A program made the translations under genes and the position numbers. From a virus (taxonomy: Duplodnaviria; Caudoviricetes), in the IMG/VR virus record IMGVR_UViG_3300035208_002115: DNA of 64,000 nucleotides; one strand, 5' to 3'. The notes under the pieces were generated by a model, which saw only the letters and a list, made by a program, of their open reading frames with translations, was not told the DNA's origin and did not search any database. Below, one piece after another: positions 53,071 through 64,000 of the stretch (position 1 is the first letter of the stretch; the number at the start of each line of letters is the position of its first letter).

Positions 53071-54796
53071 AGATTTGAGCGTATCCATTCACCAGATTAA
53101 CACAGTTACTGGTGATTTAAGAGGTAACACGGCTAAAATAATAAAAGCAATTCTTATTGACCAAGAAAGGGATATAACTATATCTGCATTTCCTGAGACA
53201 GCAATAACTGGGTATATGTGTGGTTCATTATGGGACACACCGAAGTTTCTTAAAGACCAAATGGATTGTTTGGAGACAATTAAGAAATCTTGTTTACCAT
53301 ATCAGATTGTTACTTTAGGGTTTATATCTTATCATGGTAAGAAAAGAAATGGTTACCCTAAATTAAAGAATTCAGTGGCAATCATTCATGCTGAAAAAAT
53401 ATTTGTTTATGATAAACAATTACTGGCTGACGCTGACCACCATGAAGATAAAAAATATTTCATTGCTGGTAATGAATCGAAAGTATTTGAAGTAACTATT
53501 GGTTCAGCTATGGGTCTTAAAATTGGTTGCCCGATTTGTGAAGACATTTGGTATAAAGACCATAGCAGAAATATAGCACAAGAAATGGTTGAACAGGGTG
53601 CTAATATTTTAATTGTACCAAATCAATCATATTTTTACTATGATAAACAAGAATATCGTTACGACTTACTTTCAAGTATTTCAAGTAATACAAACGTTCC
53701 TGTTATTTATGTAAATTCGGTTGGAGTTGGTGATATTGTAAAAAATATTTTGATTTTTGACGGTGGTTCTCTTGCATATAATAATGAAGGTAGATTGATT
53801 CGTGAAGCTGAAAGATTTAAGGAACAATCTATCAAAGTTAAACCCTTTAGTGATTCACCTATAAAACCCAAAGTAACTGAAAAATACGAAGAAATAACTG
53901 ATGCGTTATTATTCGAACAAAAAGAGTTTTTCCATTTATGTGGCCTGAATAAAGCCCAAGTTCATTTATCTGGTGGGGTGGATAGTGCATTAACCGCAGT
54001 TTTAGTCGCTAAAGCAATGGGTAAAGAAAACACTATTTTCATTACTAATCCATCTGAGTTAAATACTGAAAGTATTAAGTATGCCGAATACACAGCTAAT
54101 AAATTGGGGGTTAAATTATGGGTGAATCCAATTGTTGATATTGTTAGTAAATTAATTGATGTTGACAAAGAATCCTTCAAAGAAAGTAATTTAAAATTAG
54201 AAGGTGCTGGATTGGCTTCGGCTCATGCTGTTTTAAGAACAGTTCAGGGATTAATGGCCTCTCATCGTTTTGGTTCTGGTATCGTGTCAACTGGAAACCA
54301 CACCGAGAATATACTTTCATGGTTTAGTTTTCATGATATTGGTAGCATTGGTGTACATGCTCTAATCGGTGATTTAACTAAAATGGAAATATTTGCCATG
54401 TGTGTTTATCTTAATAAACGATTTGGTGATGTTATACCAGAAGAATTATTGAATGGTATTTTTGTTCCATCGGCTGAACTACCAGATTCAAAAGAAGACC
54501 CGTTTGATTATAAAGTTCAGTCAGGTATATGTGCCGAGGTTATTCGTTTCAGGAAGTCTAAAGAAGATTTAATGTACGAATTTGAGAATAAAATATTATC
54601 AGTCGATTTATTTCCTCATCAGGAACATGTTTATTCTTATTCAAAAGATGAATTCATGAAGCAAATAAATCTCACATTTAAATTGATGAAACGGTCACCA
54701 TACAAGACGGGTCAAGCAGCACCCCCAGTCAACATATCTCCGAGAACAAGAGGGTTTAGTACACGGGAAACCCTGATTAATAAATATGATTATTGA
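53048..54796 (+). CDS. nadE: Glutamine-dependent NAD+ synthetase
   Basis: Nitrilase domain FPETAITGY / YDKQLL / ICEDIW; synthetase PP-loop LSGGVDSA, STGNHTE, IGDLTK, PSAEL. Confidence 0.93.
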   Translation: MFLKTKFKDLSVSIHQINTVTGDLRGNTAKIIKAILIDQERDITISAFPETAITGYMCGSLWDTPKFLKDQMDCLETIKKSCLPYQIVTLGFISYHGKKRNGYPKLKNSVAIIHAEKIFVYDKQLLADADHHEDKKYFIAGNESKVFEVTIGSAMGLKIGCPICEDIWYKDHSRNIAQEMVEQGANILIVPNQSYFYYDKQEYRYDLLSSISSNTNVPVIYVNSVGVGDIVKNILIFDGGSLAYNNEGRLIREAERFKEQSIKVKPFSDSPIKPKVTEKYEEITDALLFEQKEFFHLCGLNKAQVHLSGGVDSALTAVLVAKAMGKENTIFITNPSELNTESIKYAEYTANKLGVKLWVNPIVDIVSKLIDVDKESFKESNLKLEGAGLASAHAVLRTVQGLMASHRFGSGIVSTGNHTENILSWFSFHDIGSIGVHALIGDLTKMEIFAMCVYLNKRFGDVIPEELLNGIFVPSAELPDSKEDPFDYKVQSGICAEVIRFRKSKEDLMYEFENKILSVDLFPHQEHVYSYSKDEFMKQINLTFKLMKRSPYKTGQAAPPVNISPRTRGFSTRETLINKYDY

Positions 54797-54819
54797 TTTT
54801 CATATCCAAATAAACAAGT

Positions 54820-54851
54820 CAAAAAGTGGTTAAGAAATTGACCACTTTTTG
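54820..54851 (+). terminator. Intrinsic terminator after nadE
   Basis: CAAAAAGTGGT...ACCACTTTTTG. Confidence 0.7.
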
Positions 54852-54905
54852 TTTTATACAAATAGAACCATCTTTTAATAATATATAAAAAGAAAACATT
54901 GTATA

Positions 54906-57900
54906 ATGAAAATTGATATTGATAAGTACTTTGACGCATTAGATTATTTAACAGAAGTGAATGGGAAAGATTTTGAAGAATTGGATTTATCAGAATTATT
55001 TACCCCGTCTCCAGATAAAGAACTACTTTTAAAGATTAAAGAAAAATATACCAAACTTAATAACTTTAATAGGATATATGTATTGGTAGCATATCAACAT
55101 GAGCGTGAATATTTTAAAATTGAACTTAATAAAGAAAATAAGAAATAAGGTATGTTTAAGAAATTATCAATAATAAACACAACATTGTTTTTCTATAAAC
55201 AATATATTTATTTTGATTTTGACGAACTAAATAAAGTAGGTAAACTGGTTGTAACCCCAGCATGGTTTGTTAGAGCAATATTGTTATGGGTGATATTTGT
55301 TTTTATTTATCCACTATTTTACTATCGTTACAAGTATGATAAACAAATAACTAAATTTCATAAAATAGCTGGTACAATCAGACATGATTTGTATATGGCC
55401 TATTATAAGAATAAAGTATTCTAAAATGTTTTTAATATTATTTATAACTGTTGTTGTTATATCTCTTTTATCTCTTTTATTAGAATCTTTGTGTACAGCC
55501 AAGATTAAAGAGTATTTTATTTCTTTGATTAATGGGGGCGAGAAGAAAGAAACTGATAGAAAATATCGATTATTTTTATTTATATACCATTTTAAATTTT
55601 TATTTTTATTAGTCACTGGTGTTATGGGTTGTTTTACAACATTTTATATACATTCTATATTTTTATTTTTACTTTTAATATTCGAAAATTTAATTAGAAA
55701 AAAAATATATAATAATAAGCGAATAATATTGTTTGGTGTACTTTCAGTGACTTCTTATTCTATACTCTTAATTCTTGGGAGTATCTTATTGCACCAAATT
55801 ATATAAAAAATACATTGTATGTTATGAAACTTAAAATATATATTCAGGAAGATGATTTAGAAAGTCTAAATAAATTTCTTAAAGATAATAATACAACTAC
55901 TAAACCTAAATTTGAATACTGGACTGATTATGCCGAGTTTGAAAAATTAACATTCATCGGAAGAATGGTTGAGGTAATCATAGATTATGATGACTATTTA
56001 AAAATTCAATACATTTAAAATGAAAGGTGCATTACACAAACTCGTTTATTTAAAACTTAAAGAGAAGGTTGAAAGTGGTGAAATTCAATTTGGGTTTAAC
56101 ACTCCAATAAAAGAATTTACATTAGAGTCTTATGAAGAAAAACATGGAGATGTGATATATTGTATATGTAAATATATTGAAAACGGTGAAGTTTTTCAAA
56201 AATATTGTGAATTGGTAATTTAATACTTTTTTAAATAATATATTTAATGTATTTTTGTTCCTATGAAAAAGGAACAGATATATAATTTAATGTACTTCAC
56301 TTTCATATTCAGTACAGATGGAACTATATTAGAAAAGTGTACACCTGATTATATACTTGAAAAATATAACATCTTTGTTTCATCTCCTTCAACTATGGTG
56401 TATGAGAAATCAAAAAAGTTTAATAAATTTTTAAAATCGTATTATAATAAATGGTGTATATACAATTCAAAAAACTATAAAAAAAACTCCAAACTATATT
56501 ATACTACATGGTGTACTGAATCAGTAGAGTTTATTAATGTATTATATTTTCTTTTCGAAACCACTTATGAGACATATGTATGGGATACTACACCAAATTT
56601 TGTATTAGAAAAATTTAAAAAATATATAGGTGACCCAGAAATAATAAAAGACGGTGTAGATTTGTGTAGTACAGTTCATATTTTAATAAGAAGAAAATTC
56701 GAAGAATCTTATTTAACTGATGTTATTAACGAAAGGCAGATAAAAATATTAACTATCCTATGAAAAAATTAGCAGATGGAACACAAGTTTCAGCAAGAAC
56801 GTATTATTATTTGCTTGATTTTAATGATAGATACAACTGGGAGTTTATGTATAACACCTTTAATAAAAAAAGGCTTTGTGACTTAACAATAGAAGAATAC
56901 AGAGTTTTATTTGAACATGCGACAGAAGTGGATAAATCATCATTAATTTTATAAAACTATGAATATCAAAGAAAAAGCCAGAATATATGACGCTCAACAA
57001 TTAGTTGATAAATTTAACCAATTATATCCAATAGGGAGTAAAGTTATGGTTAAAAGAAATTCTACAAAAAACTGCCCGTTAGAAGAAGTAACCGTCAAAA
57101 GTGAAGCTTTTCTATCTTATAGTAATGCACCAGTATGTTTTTTTAATGAAATATCTGGATATTTTTCGATTGATAAAAAATTTATTAAATATCCAAAAGA
57201 ATAATTATGGAAACAGAAGAAAAAGATTATAGTAGAATGACCATAATAGCTGGGTACTGTGGTCTTGTACCATATATTGACCGTTACGGGAAAATTAAGG
57301 ATGGTGTGTATACTATGGTTGGATATCACGCACCAGTTGATTTATCTGCCTGTGCCGAGGATGAAAAGTCTATTTTTAAAACAGCATTGAAACAATTATC
57401 CGAACAAATAGATGAATCGTATCATAATGCTATTGAGAGAGATTTGTTAGACTGATGGATATAAATCAATTTAAAAATATTATACAGTTCTACTGGTTGA
57501 ATACTAATTATTTGGGGTATATATTTGAAAATCCAACGTATACACTTGAAATATATTTTCATTATATTGGTGGAATACCATCTGTACACAAAACCTTAAA
57601 TGAAAGATATCAAGAGGGATTTGATAGGTATGTATCCAGATATGAATTAACAAACATAGTAGAAAAGGAGATAATAGAATGTATAATTAATTTTACAGTT
57701 GACGTTAATTGTTCATATCTTAAACCAATATTAAAGACTTTTAGACCAGCATTTGAAGAAAATATTGGTGATATCAGTATTGTGAAAAACACTGAACTTT
57801 GTTATTCTGATGCTGTACTTGATTTTATCAATGATAATGAACGTTTATTTAAATTATTAACTTTAATGTAATTTGATTTTATTTTTCAGATATTTTTTAT

Positions 57901-58339
57901 TAATATTGTAGAAATATTATAAACGGTAATTATTAATTACAATATGACAACAAATCAATTAGCCAATTTATTAGAGTTTTATCTTTTCCTAAAAGATAAT
58001 ATAAGAGATGGTGGAGCAAAAAAAAATTTATCGGCTTATTTCCGTTATATTGGATTAGCTCCTGATGCGAATAAAGCATTAGTGTCAGATTCTGATACCT
58101 TGAAATATGTTAAAATGTGTAAGATGGGTACAATTGAAACTGACGTTTACTGCTCAATATTATCTTTTTATAAAGATGTTAAAATTGTTGATATAACCGA
58201 AATTGTTGGTTCATTTGTAAAAAATATCGGTAATTTAGAAATGATAAAAAATAACAAATTTGATATGTCGGTTAAAGCCCAAGAATTAATCGATAAAAAC
58301 CCAAAAATGATTGAACTATTCACTAACCTAAACAATTAA
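54906..58339 (+). CDS. Run of ~11 small hypothetical proteins including paralogues 56263-56763, 57455-57871, 57944-58339
   Basis: ORF track; three share Q..N[LI]..FY/F at the start and F...IGD/N...IK. Confidence 0.55.
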
Positions 58340-58341
58340 TT

Positions 58342-58986
58342 ATGGAAGAATATATTCTTTATAAAGAATCCACTGCGTCTTTGGATGTAGATTCACAAAA
58401 AGGGTTCACCCCGCTTTGTCCAAATGAATTACCAGTTCCAGAAGGTGATGAAATTGTTGATGAACAAAACACACAAGCTAAAAAAGCTAAATATCGTCTT
58501 GGTTCAAAAGATGCCCACCATAGAAAAGCTATTTGGGTGGCAACTGCAAACGAACCCCAATTAACCCCTATTGTTGGTACAAATGTTGACGTTCGATGGA
58601 ACTCTCATTGTAATATCGGTGAATATGGATTCGAATTACTTGATGGTCTTCCACCTGTAAGTGAATACGATTTCTTTGTTTACAAAGGAATTGAACTCGA
58701 TATGCACCCGTATTCTGCTTGTTATCATGACTTAGCAAAAACAAAATCGACTGGACTTATTGAATGGTTACTACAACATGATATATCAGACGTTATTGTC
58801 GGTGGACTTGCAACTAATTATTGTGTTTTCGAAACAGTAGTCGATTTGGTAAATGCTGGATTCCAAGTAATATTGAATCTTGGTGCATGTCGTGGTCTCG
58901 GTGATATCAATCCATCAATTGAAAAAATGAAAGCTATGGGTGTAATCATCGTCAACAATGCTTCCGAAATTGTTGTACATGACTAA
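58342..58986 (+). CDS. pncA: Nicotinamidase / pyrazinamidase
   Basis: VDSQKGF, KDAH, WNSHC, KG, YSA, GGLATNYCV (Asp-Lys-Cys triad). Confidence 0.93.
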   Translation: MEEYILYKESTASLDVDSQKGFTPLCPNELPVPEGDEIVDEQNTQAKKAKYRLGSKDAHHRKAIWVATANEPQLTPIVGTNVDVRWNSHCNIGEYGFELLDGLPPVSEYDFFVYKGIELDMHPYSACYHDLAKTKSTGLIEWLLQHDISDVIVGGLATNYCVFETVVDLVNAGFQVILNLGACRGLGDINPSIEKMKAMGVIIVNNASEIVVHD

Positions 58987-59034
58987 TTAATGATAAATAT
59001 TAGTTTTTGAAGTTTTATAGTATTACAGATTTTG

Positions 59035-59062
59035 AAATGGCATTGAAAATAATGCCATTTTT
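59035..59062 (+). terminator. Intrinsic terminator after pncA
   Basis: AAATGGCATT-gaaaat-AATGCCATTT followed by a T-run. Confidence 0.65.
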
Positions 59063-59125
59063 TATTGATTTTTTTTATATTTTTATTCTTCATATATTTG
59101 TTGTGAAAACCAGAAAATACAACAT

Positions 59126-60226
59126 ATGAAAGCAAAGACAATAAAAAAAATAAGGCTTAAAATGAAACCATATTTGGTTCAAAGGAGTTATGCTATATGT
59201 GGTAATTTTTATTCTATCAAAAGTATGGAAGACGTTGTTTTAGCACGGAATGAAAAAGAAGCAGTTAAACGTTATTGTAAAAGGACACATGCAACTGCTG
59301 ATTTAAACGCTTTCGATAAAGAGCCTTATACTATTTGTAAAATGTTTGGTGTATGGATGGTAGTTCCTTTTGATAGACCGTTCGAACGTTTTGTAACATA
59401 CTGGAAATAAAAAATTATGGTACATAAAATTAAAATACAACTTGCTAATAAAGATTTAAACGGTTGGGAATATTTTTATTTAAATGTCACCCAAGATGAT
59501 ATTAGTGAAGATACAGTTAATGTGTTTTATCATATCACTATACCGAAACACATTTTTGATGCCGTTAAAGATACTCAGGATAAATATATTACTGATTTGA
59601 GCGATAAAAAAGATGTTGTTGGTTTTAGTACCCGCAAACCTTTTATAAATAAAATAAAATCCATTTCCCTGAATGATTTAAGGGAGAAACTTTCTACATT
59701 ATCATCCGATGCACTGGCAACAAAAGAATTAAAAGAATCAATCGGAGATAAAATGATTTGTATTAAATTCAGTCATTCTTATAAGAAAGAGGCCGAGGGG
59801 ATACATGGTGGATATATGGGGAAAAGTAATTCATCGTATTTCCAATGGTTTGTCGCTTTTAAAAAAGAAATTAAGAAACATTTGCATATGTTTGGGGAAT
59901 CAAATCCAGAACCATTTGTAACGGTTTATATGACTAATAGAGCTTATAAAAGAGGTTCTATGGCAAAATGGGATACTTCTGATTTACCAGATAATGAAGC
60001 TTTTGATTGGCATCCCCTTCACGACCAAGGTAGAGTTAAGGAATTTGAATCCAAATGGCAAATTATAAAATGGTCAGAAGAACGAGAAGTGTTTTTTAAA
60101 AGCATTGAAGAAAAGTTCAACCAAATAAATACCGAATTGGATGGTTTTCTTGGAAATATCACTGAAGAAAATGTAGAGGCTTTAATGAGTAAAAGTATAT
60201 TATCTTTAAAAGAAAAGAATTCTTAG
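59126..60226 (+). CDS. Two hypothetical proteins (59126-59410, 59417-60226)
   Basis: ORF track; promoter TATATTTG 59093-59100. Confidence 0.6.
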
Positions 60227-61131
60227 ACTTTTTCAAACCAATCATCCAAACTTCCATTATTATAATCTTTTATAAAAGATTCAACTGTTACGCCTGATTT
60301 CTTCGCCCACGTTTCGATTGTTGAATTATCACCAATTTTTAAATTGGTGTATGGAGATTTCCATTCTTTTTTCAATTTTAATCGGGTATCAGAATTAATA
60401 TTTGATTGTGAGTGTTGTTCAAAAGTTTTTATCATATTAATTTATTTTCATTGTAATTTCTAACACTATTTGTTGGCGTTGACCGTTATAATAATCGTGT
60501 TTACCTGTTTTTAAAATGGGTTTCAAATTTTCGTGAACCTTCATAAAATCATAAATATAAAAAATATAATCGGATGTTATTTCATTCCAATAAAATTCAT
60601 ATGTGATTTCTGGGTCATCAAATTCTCCGAAATATTGCCAATCAAAGAAACCATTTATTTTATTAGCTTTAAGTTCTCTTTTTAATTTATTACCAATATT
60701 CATTATTTCATTGGTTTTATCATTAGAATTGATATTTTCGAACCTTTTTAAATGTTTCATTATTTTCCAAAATATTTTCTGTTTAACATATACTTATCAA
60801 AGCTAAAATTATCCATTGTATATTCTTTGTCTATTTTACCATTGTGTATAGAACCAATTTGTTGTTTAAAACCTCTATTATCTTGAAAATAAATATCCAT
60901 ATCATATCCATCGGACATATTTCTTGCCCAAACTAAATTGGTGGTGGATAAAATAACATTTTTCCATTTTCTTTCACCTTCTTTTATAGCCAATGTTTTT
61001 TTCTCAATAGCTTTTAATATAACATCTTTTAAATAATCGGTAGCCAGTTCAATACCATCGGATGATAATTCTTCAGGGTCGTATTTTAATTTAACTGATT
61101 CATTGTATTTTTCAAAATTTAAAATTTTCAT
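60223..61131 (-). CDS. Three small putative internal head proteins (60223-60435, 60437-60760, 60760-61131)
   Basis: N-termini MIKTFEQH, MKHLKRFEN, MKILNFEKYNES; late motif at 61155. Confidence 0.55.
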
Positions 61132-61203
61132 ATTTTGAATGTTTATTTTTTATGTATATATTAATTTTTATTTATATATTTGGAGTCCAATAAATATATT
61201 TTT

Positions 61204-64000
61204 ATGAAAATAAATGATAATTTAGCCTATGCTATTATAGCTGTCGCTGTTTGTACATTATTCGCTGTAATGCTTATAACTAATTCTAAAGAAACTGCGA
61301 ATAATTTTGATAAAATTTCAGTAAAATGTGTTGTTAGCGATATTAAAAAAAATAGTGGCAGATATTATCATTATTATAAAATAATAGGTGTATCTTCAAC
61401 CGATTCTGTTGTAATAAATAATGTGGTTGGAACTAAATCTTATGTCACGTTATCAGAAGAAACATATGAGGTCAATGATACCATTAATCAGATAATTGAA
61501 ATCCCAAAAATAAAATAAATGGACAAGATGAATCTTACCATAGGGAATTCTTATATTATTGACGAGGGCTTCAGTAATTCTGGTGAAGTTGTATTAATTC
61601 AGATATATGGTAAATTCTTTTGTAGAGTTAAAGACCCAGATACTGGTGGAGAATGGGATACTATGATAAATCGTTTATCTGAACTAAAATAAAATAAATT
61701 AAAATGAAACGTGAAGATATTAAAGAAAATCAATTGGTATTACACAATGAAAAGGGGGTAAATGGCATTGCATTAATAATAAATGTCAGAAAAGCGAATA
61801 GGGGTGATGATAAGGAACTTATGTTCGATTTAAAATATTTGATTAGTAGTAAGGAAAATCATGAAAATATTTGTGAACATAGTGGAATGACCAGTACTTT
61901 TCTTGAAGTTATCTCAAAAGAAGATGCTATAAATATGGCATTATCAAAAGAATATGACCTTGATATTAGAATAGGGAAACTAAACAAAAAGAAATTAAAT
62001 GTGATTAAAGGAAAATCTGTTTTAAATACACTATAAAATGTTTACATCAATAAAACATCCTGTAATATTGTTGCCGTGTAACGCTTCACCACTTGGGTAT
62101 AATGATGAAAATAAGTTAGATTTATCAACTAATTATGGTTTTGATGCTTTTAACACAAAAAATAATTTTCGCCACAAACCAATCCAAATATTAATTGTAA
62201 CGAAAACAGACGATGTATTTCCTGATGATTACGTTTTAAACTTTAATAGTATAGAAAAGGTTCAGGGTGTTGATGATGATGATTATTATGTTAATAATAA
62301 ATCGGTTAAATATTCGAAGAATGATATTCAAAAGATATTAGCCATATACCCTAAATATGAGGATTTACCATCTATATCAATTTCTTTTATTAAAAGATGG
62401 ATTAAAAATACTTCGACAGAAATTTATGTTAATTATTCCCAATTATATCATCCCATAAATATGAATAATATTAGAGAAATAAAATGGGGTGTGATATTTG
62501 ACCAGAAAAATGAGATTAGTTGTCGGTTGTTAGATGATGATGAGTATAACCCAATGGTTATTAATATTCGTCCAATCGATGAATTAGTTAGAGATTATTG
62601 TTTCAATATACACGAATTTACAGGTACAACTAATTATGATATAGAAGATATGATATCTGCATGTTTAGATTTTGCTATGTCTGATGATGTGAAAGAATAT
62701 TGGTTCAGAGAATTTAATAAAAGAAAGCAATGTTAAAGAGAGAAGACTTACCGTTGGGTTGTAATTGTCCTGTTTGTTTTGATTTGTCAAGATTACAAAA
62801 TTTAACACCAAATAGTGTTGTTGTTTCGGCTATGCAAGATATAAATGATAGTATAGAATTATATGATAGTTACATAGCACCGTATAAATGTCCTAAAGGA
62901 CACATATTTTACATATCATACCAGAAATCATGAAAGAACTTACAAGAATAATAGATATGTTCAAAAAGAGTGTCTATAAAGATGTTGTGGATAATTCAGT
63001 GACAGAATATATAGACTACAAAATAAAAAGAAGTCGGATTTGGAAATATGTGTACCTGATATTATTGTTAATTTCATTTGTAGTAATAGTTATAGATTAT
63101 AAAACATCGCTTGATATTCCATTTTGGAGTGTGCTATTAAGTGTATTAAGTTTTTTAGTTGGAATTACACTATCCATAGTTTTTACTATGAAAGAAATAT
63201 TCTATATCATTATGAAGAAGGATTATAAGAAATATTTGATGAATAAAAATGAACCAATTAAATCAGAATTTTTATGAGAGACTTCAGAAGATTTTATGGT
63301 ACTTCAATATTTCCAAATACTAAAAAGAAAAGTAAACTACAATGGTTCTGGGAAGATTTCATGAAATGGTATAATTGCAGACGAAAAAAACATGATTTTA
63401 TCAGATGTTATATTGATAATATAGAATATAGATATTGTGCTAACTGCCCTCACACAGAAAGAAGTGTAATTGGAGCTTGGATTCGTGTTGAAAGACCACA
63501 TGTTGAGAATTTGGAAGACTTAAAAATATTATAAACTCAAAACTAAATGTTATGAAAAAGACGAATCGAGAAATTTTTACACTTAGAATTAAATTATTTA
63601 GAATAATAGGTATTACATTTTTATGTATTTCATTTCTACTTGCAGTATTTTTTATATTTCTAAAAGAAACAAATGTTATACCTTGGTATATTAACCAAGA
63701 TACCGTATTTGTTATAATACTTTCAATTTTTGGTATTGCTTATATTACTACACTATTTCTAAGAAAGAACCAAAATTTATTAAACTTGGAAGATTATAAC
63801 GATGAAAAAAAAGTTGTTAAAACTATTTTGAAACAACTAAAAAATAGGCATTATCCAGATGCTATTAAAACTTATAATGAAAGTATAAAATTCAATAAGA
63901 ACAGAAAATTTTTAACACCTTTTATACTGAGTGAACTTCTTAATTCTCGAAATATTGTTTATATTGGATATGCTGAAGAAATTATTTCTCAGTATTTTGA
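61204..64000 (+). CDS. Early operon of small hypothetical/membrane proteins (61204-61518, 61519-61692, 61704-62036, 62038-62736, 62730-62933, 62930-63277, 63274-63534, 63552->64000 partial)
   Basis: ORF track plus manual reading; promoter TATATTTG 61175-61182. Confidence 0.55.

Noticed and set aside
44291-58986. Cellular (bacterial) origin suggested by NAD genes and RNase P RNA
   Set aside because: The genes are interspersed with phage-type small ORFs sharing phage motifs, on a contig with terminase, gp25, gp44 and tail fibres; no ribosomal or housekeeping operons.
1-64000. Genome-wide stop-codon reassignment (code 15/4 or UAA recoding)
   Set aside because: Long conserved genes are intact in code 11, and UAA, UGA and UAG (e.g. 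51080, 60226) all terminate genes; only the two leader cassettes show in-frame UAA.

Overview
Very AT-rich, gene-dense 64-kb segment of a large lytic dsDNA (jumbo, T4-superfamily-like myovirus) bacteriophage, most probably infecting Bacteroidota: many TAnnTTTG -7 promoters, A-rich leaders without Shine-Dalgarno, and a Bacteroidota-type SPOR protein. Core genes include the terminase large subunit (3' part), a probable sliding clamp, clamp loader, RNase H/5'-3' exonuclease, dCMP deaminase, gp25-like baseplate protein, a 2433-aa tail-fibre-like protein and two free-standing homing endonucleases. Highlights: (1) a tRNA-Lys-like ochre (UUA anticodon) suppressor tRNA, a Pth2-type peptidyl-tRNA hydrolase gene whose 5th codon is an in-frame UAA, and a near-identical MK(E/D)T-UAA leader, followed by RGSPSP-UAG, in front of the next gene; together these suggest a stop-codon-readthrough-gated translation-rescue circuit; (2) a dispersed deamidating NAD+ salvage route (PncA, PncB, Gln-dependent NadE, Nudix) unlike the described phage NARP1/NARP2 pathways; (3) a minimal ~206-nt RNase P RNA with almost no S-domain; (4) a C-terminal R-x-x-K-[IL]-x-x-[ILFM] tag on ~19 mostly unrelated proteins, and T4-CTS-like N-termini on late genes including two ART-fold proteins; (5) a phased hairpin array, a pervasive [ST]G-x-T motif in virion proteins and several pseudo-enzymes. 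All assignments come from motif recognition by eye; no searches were run.
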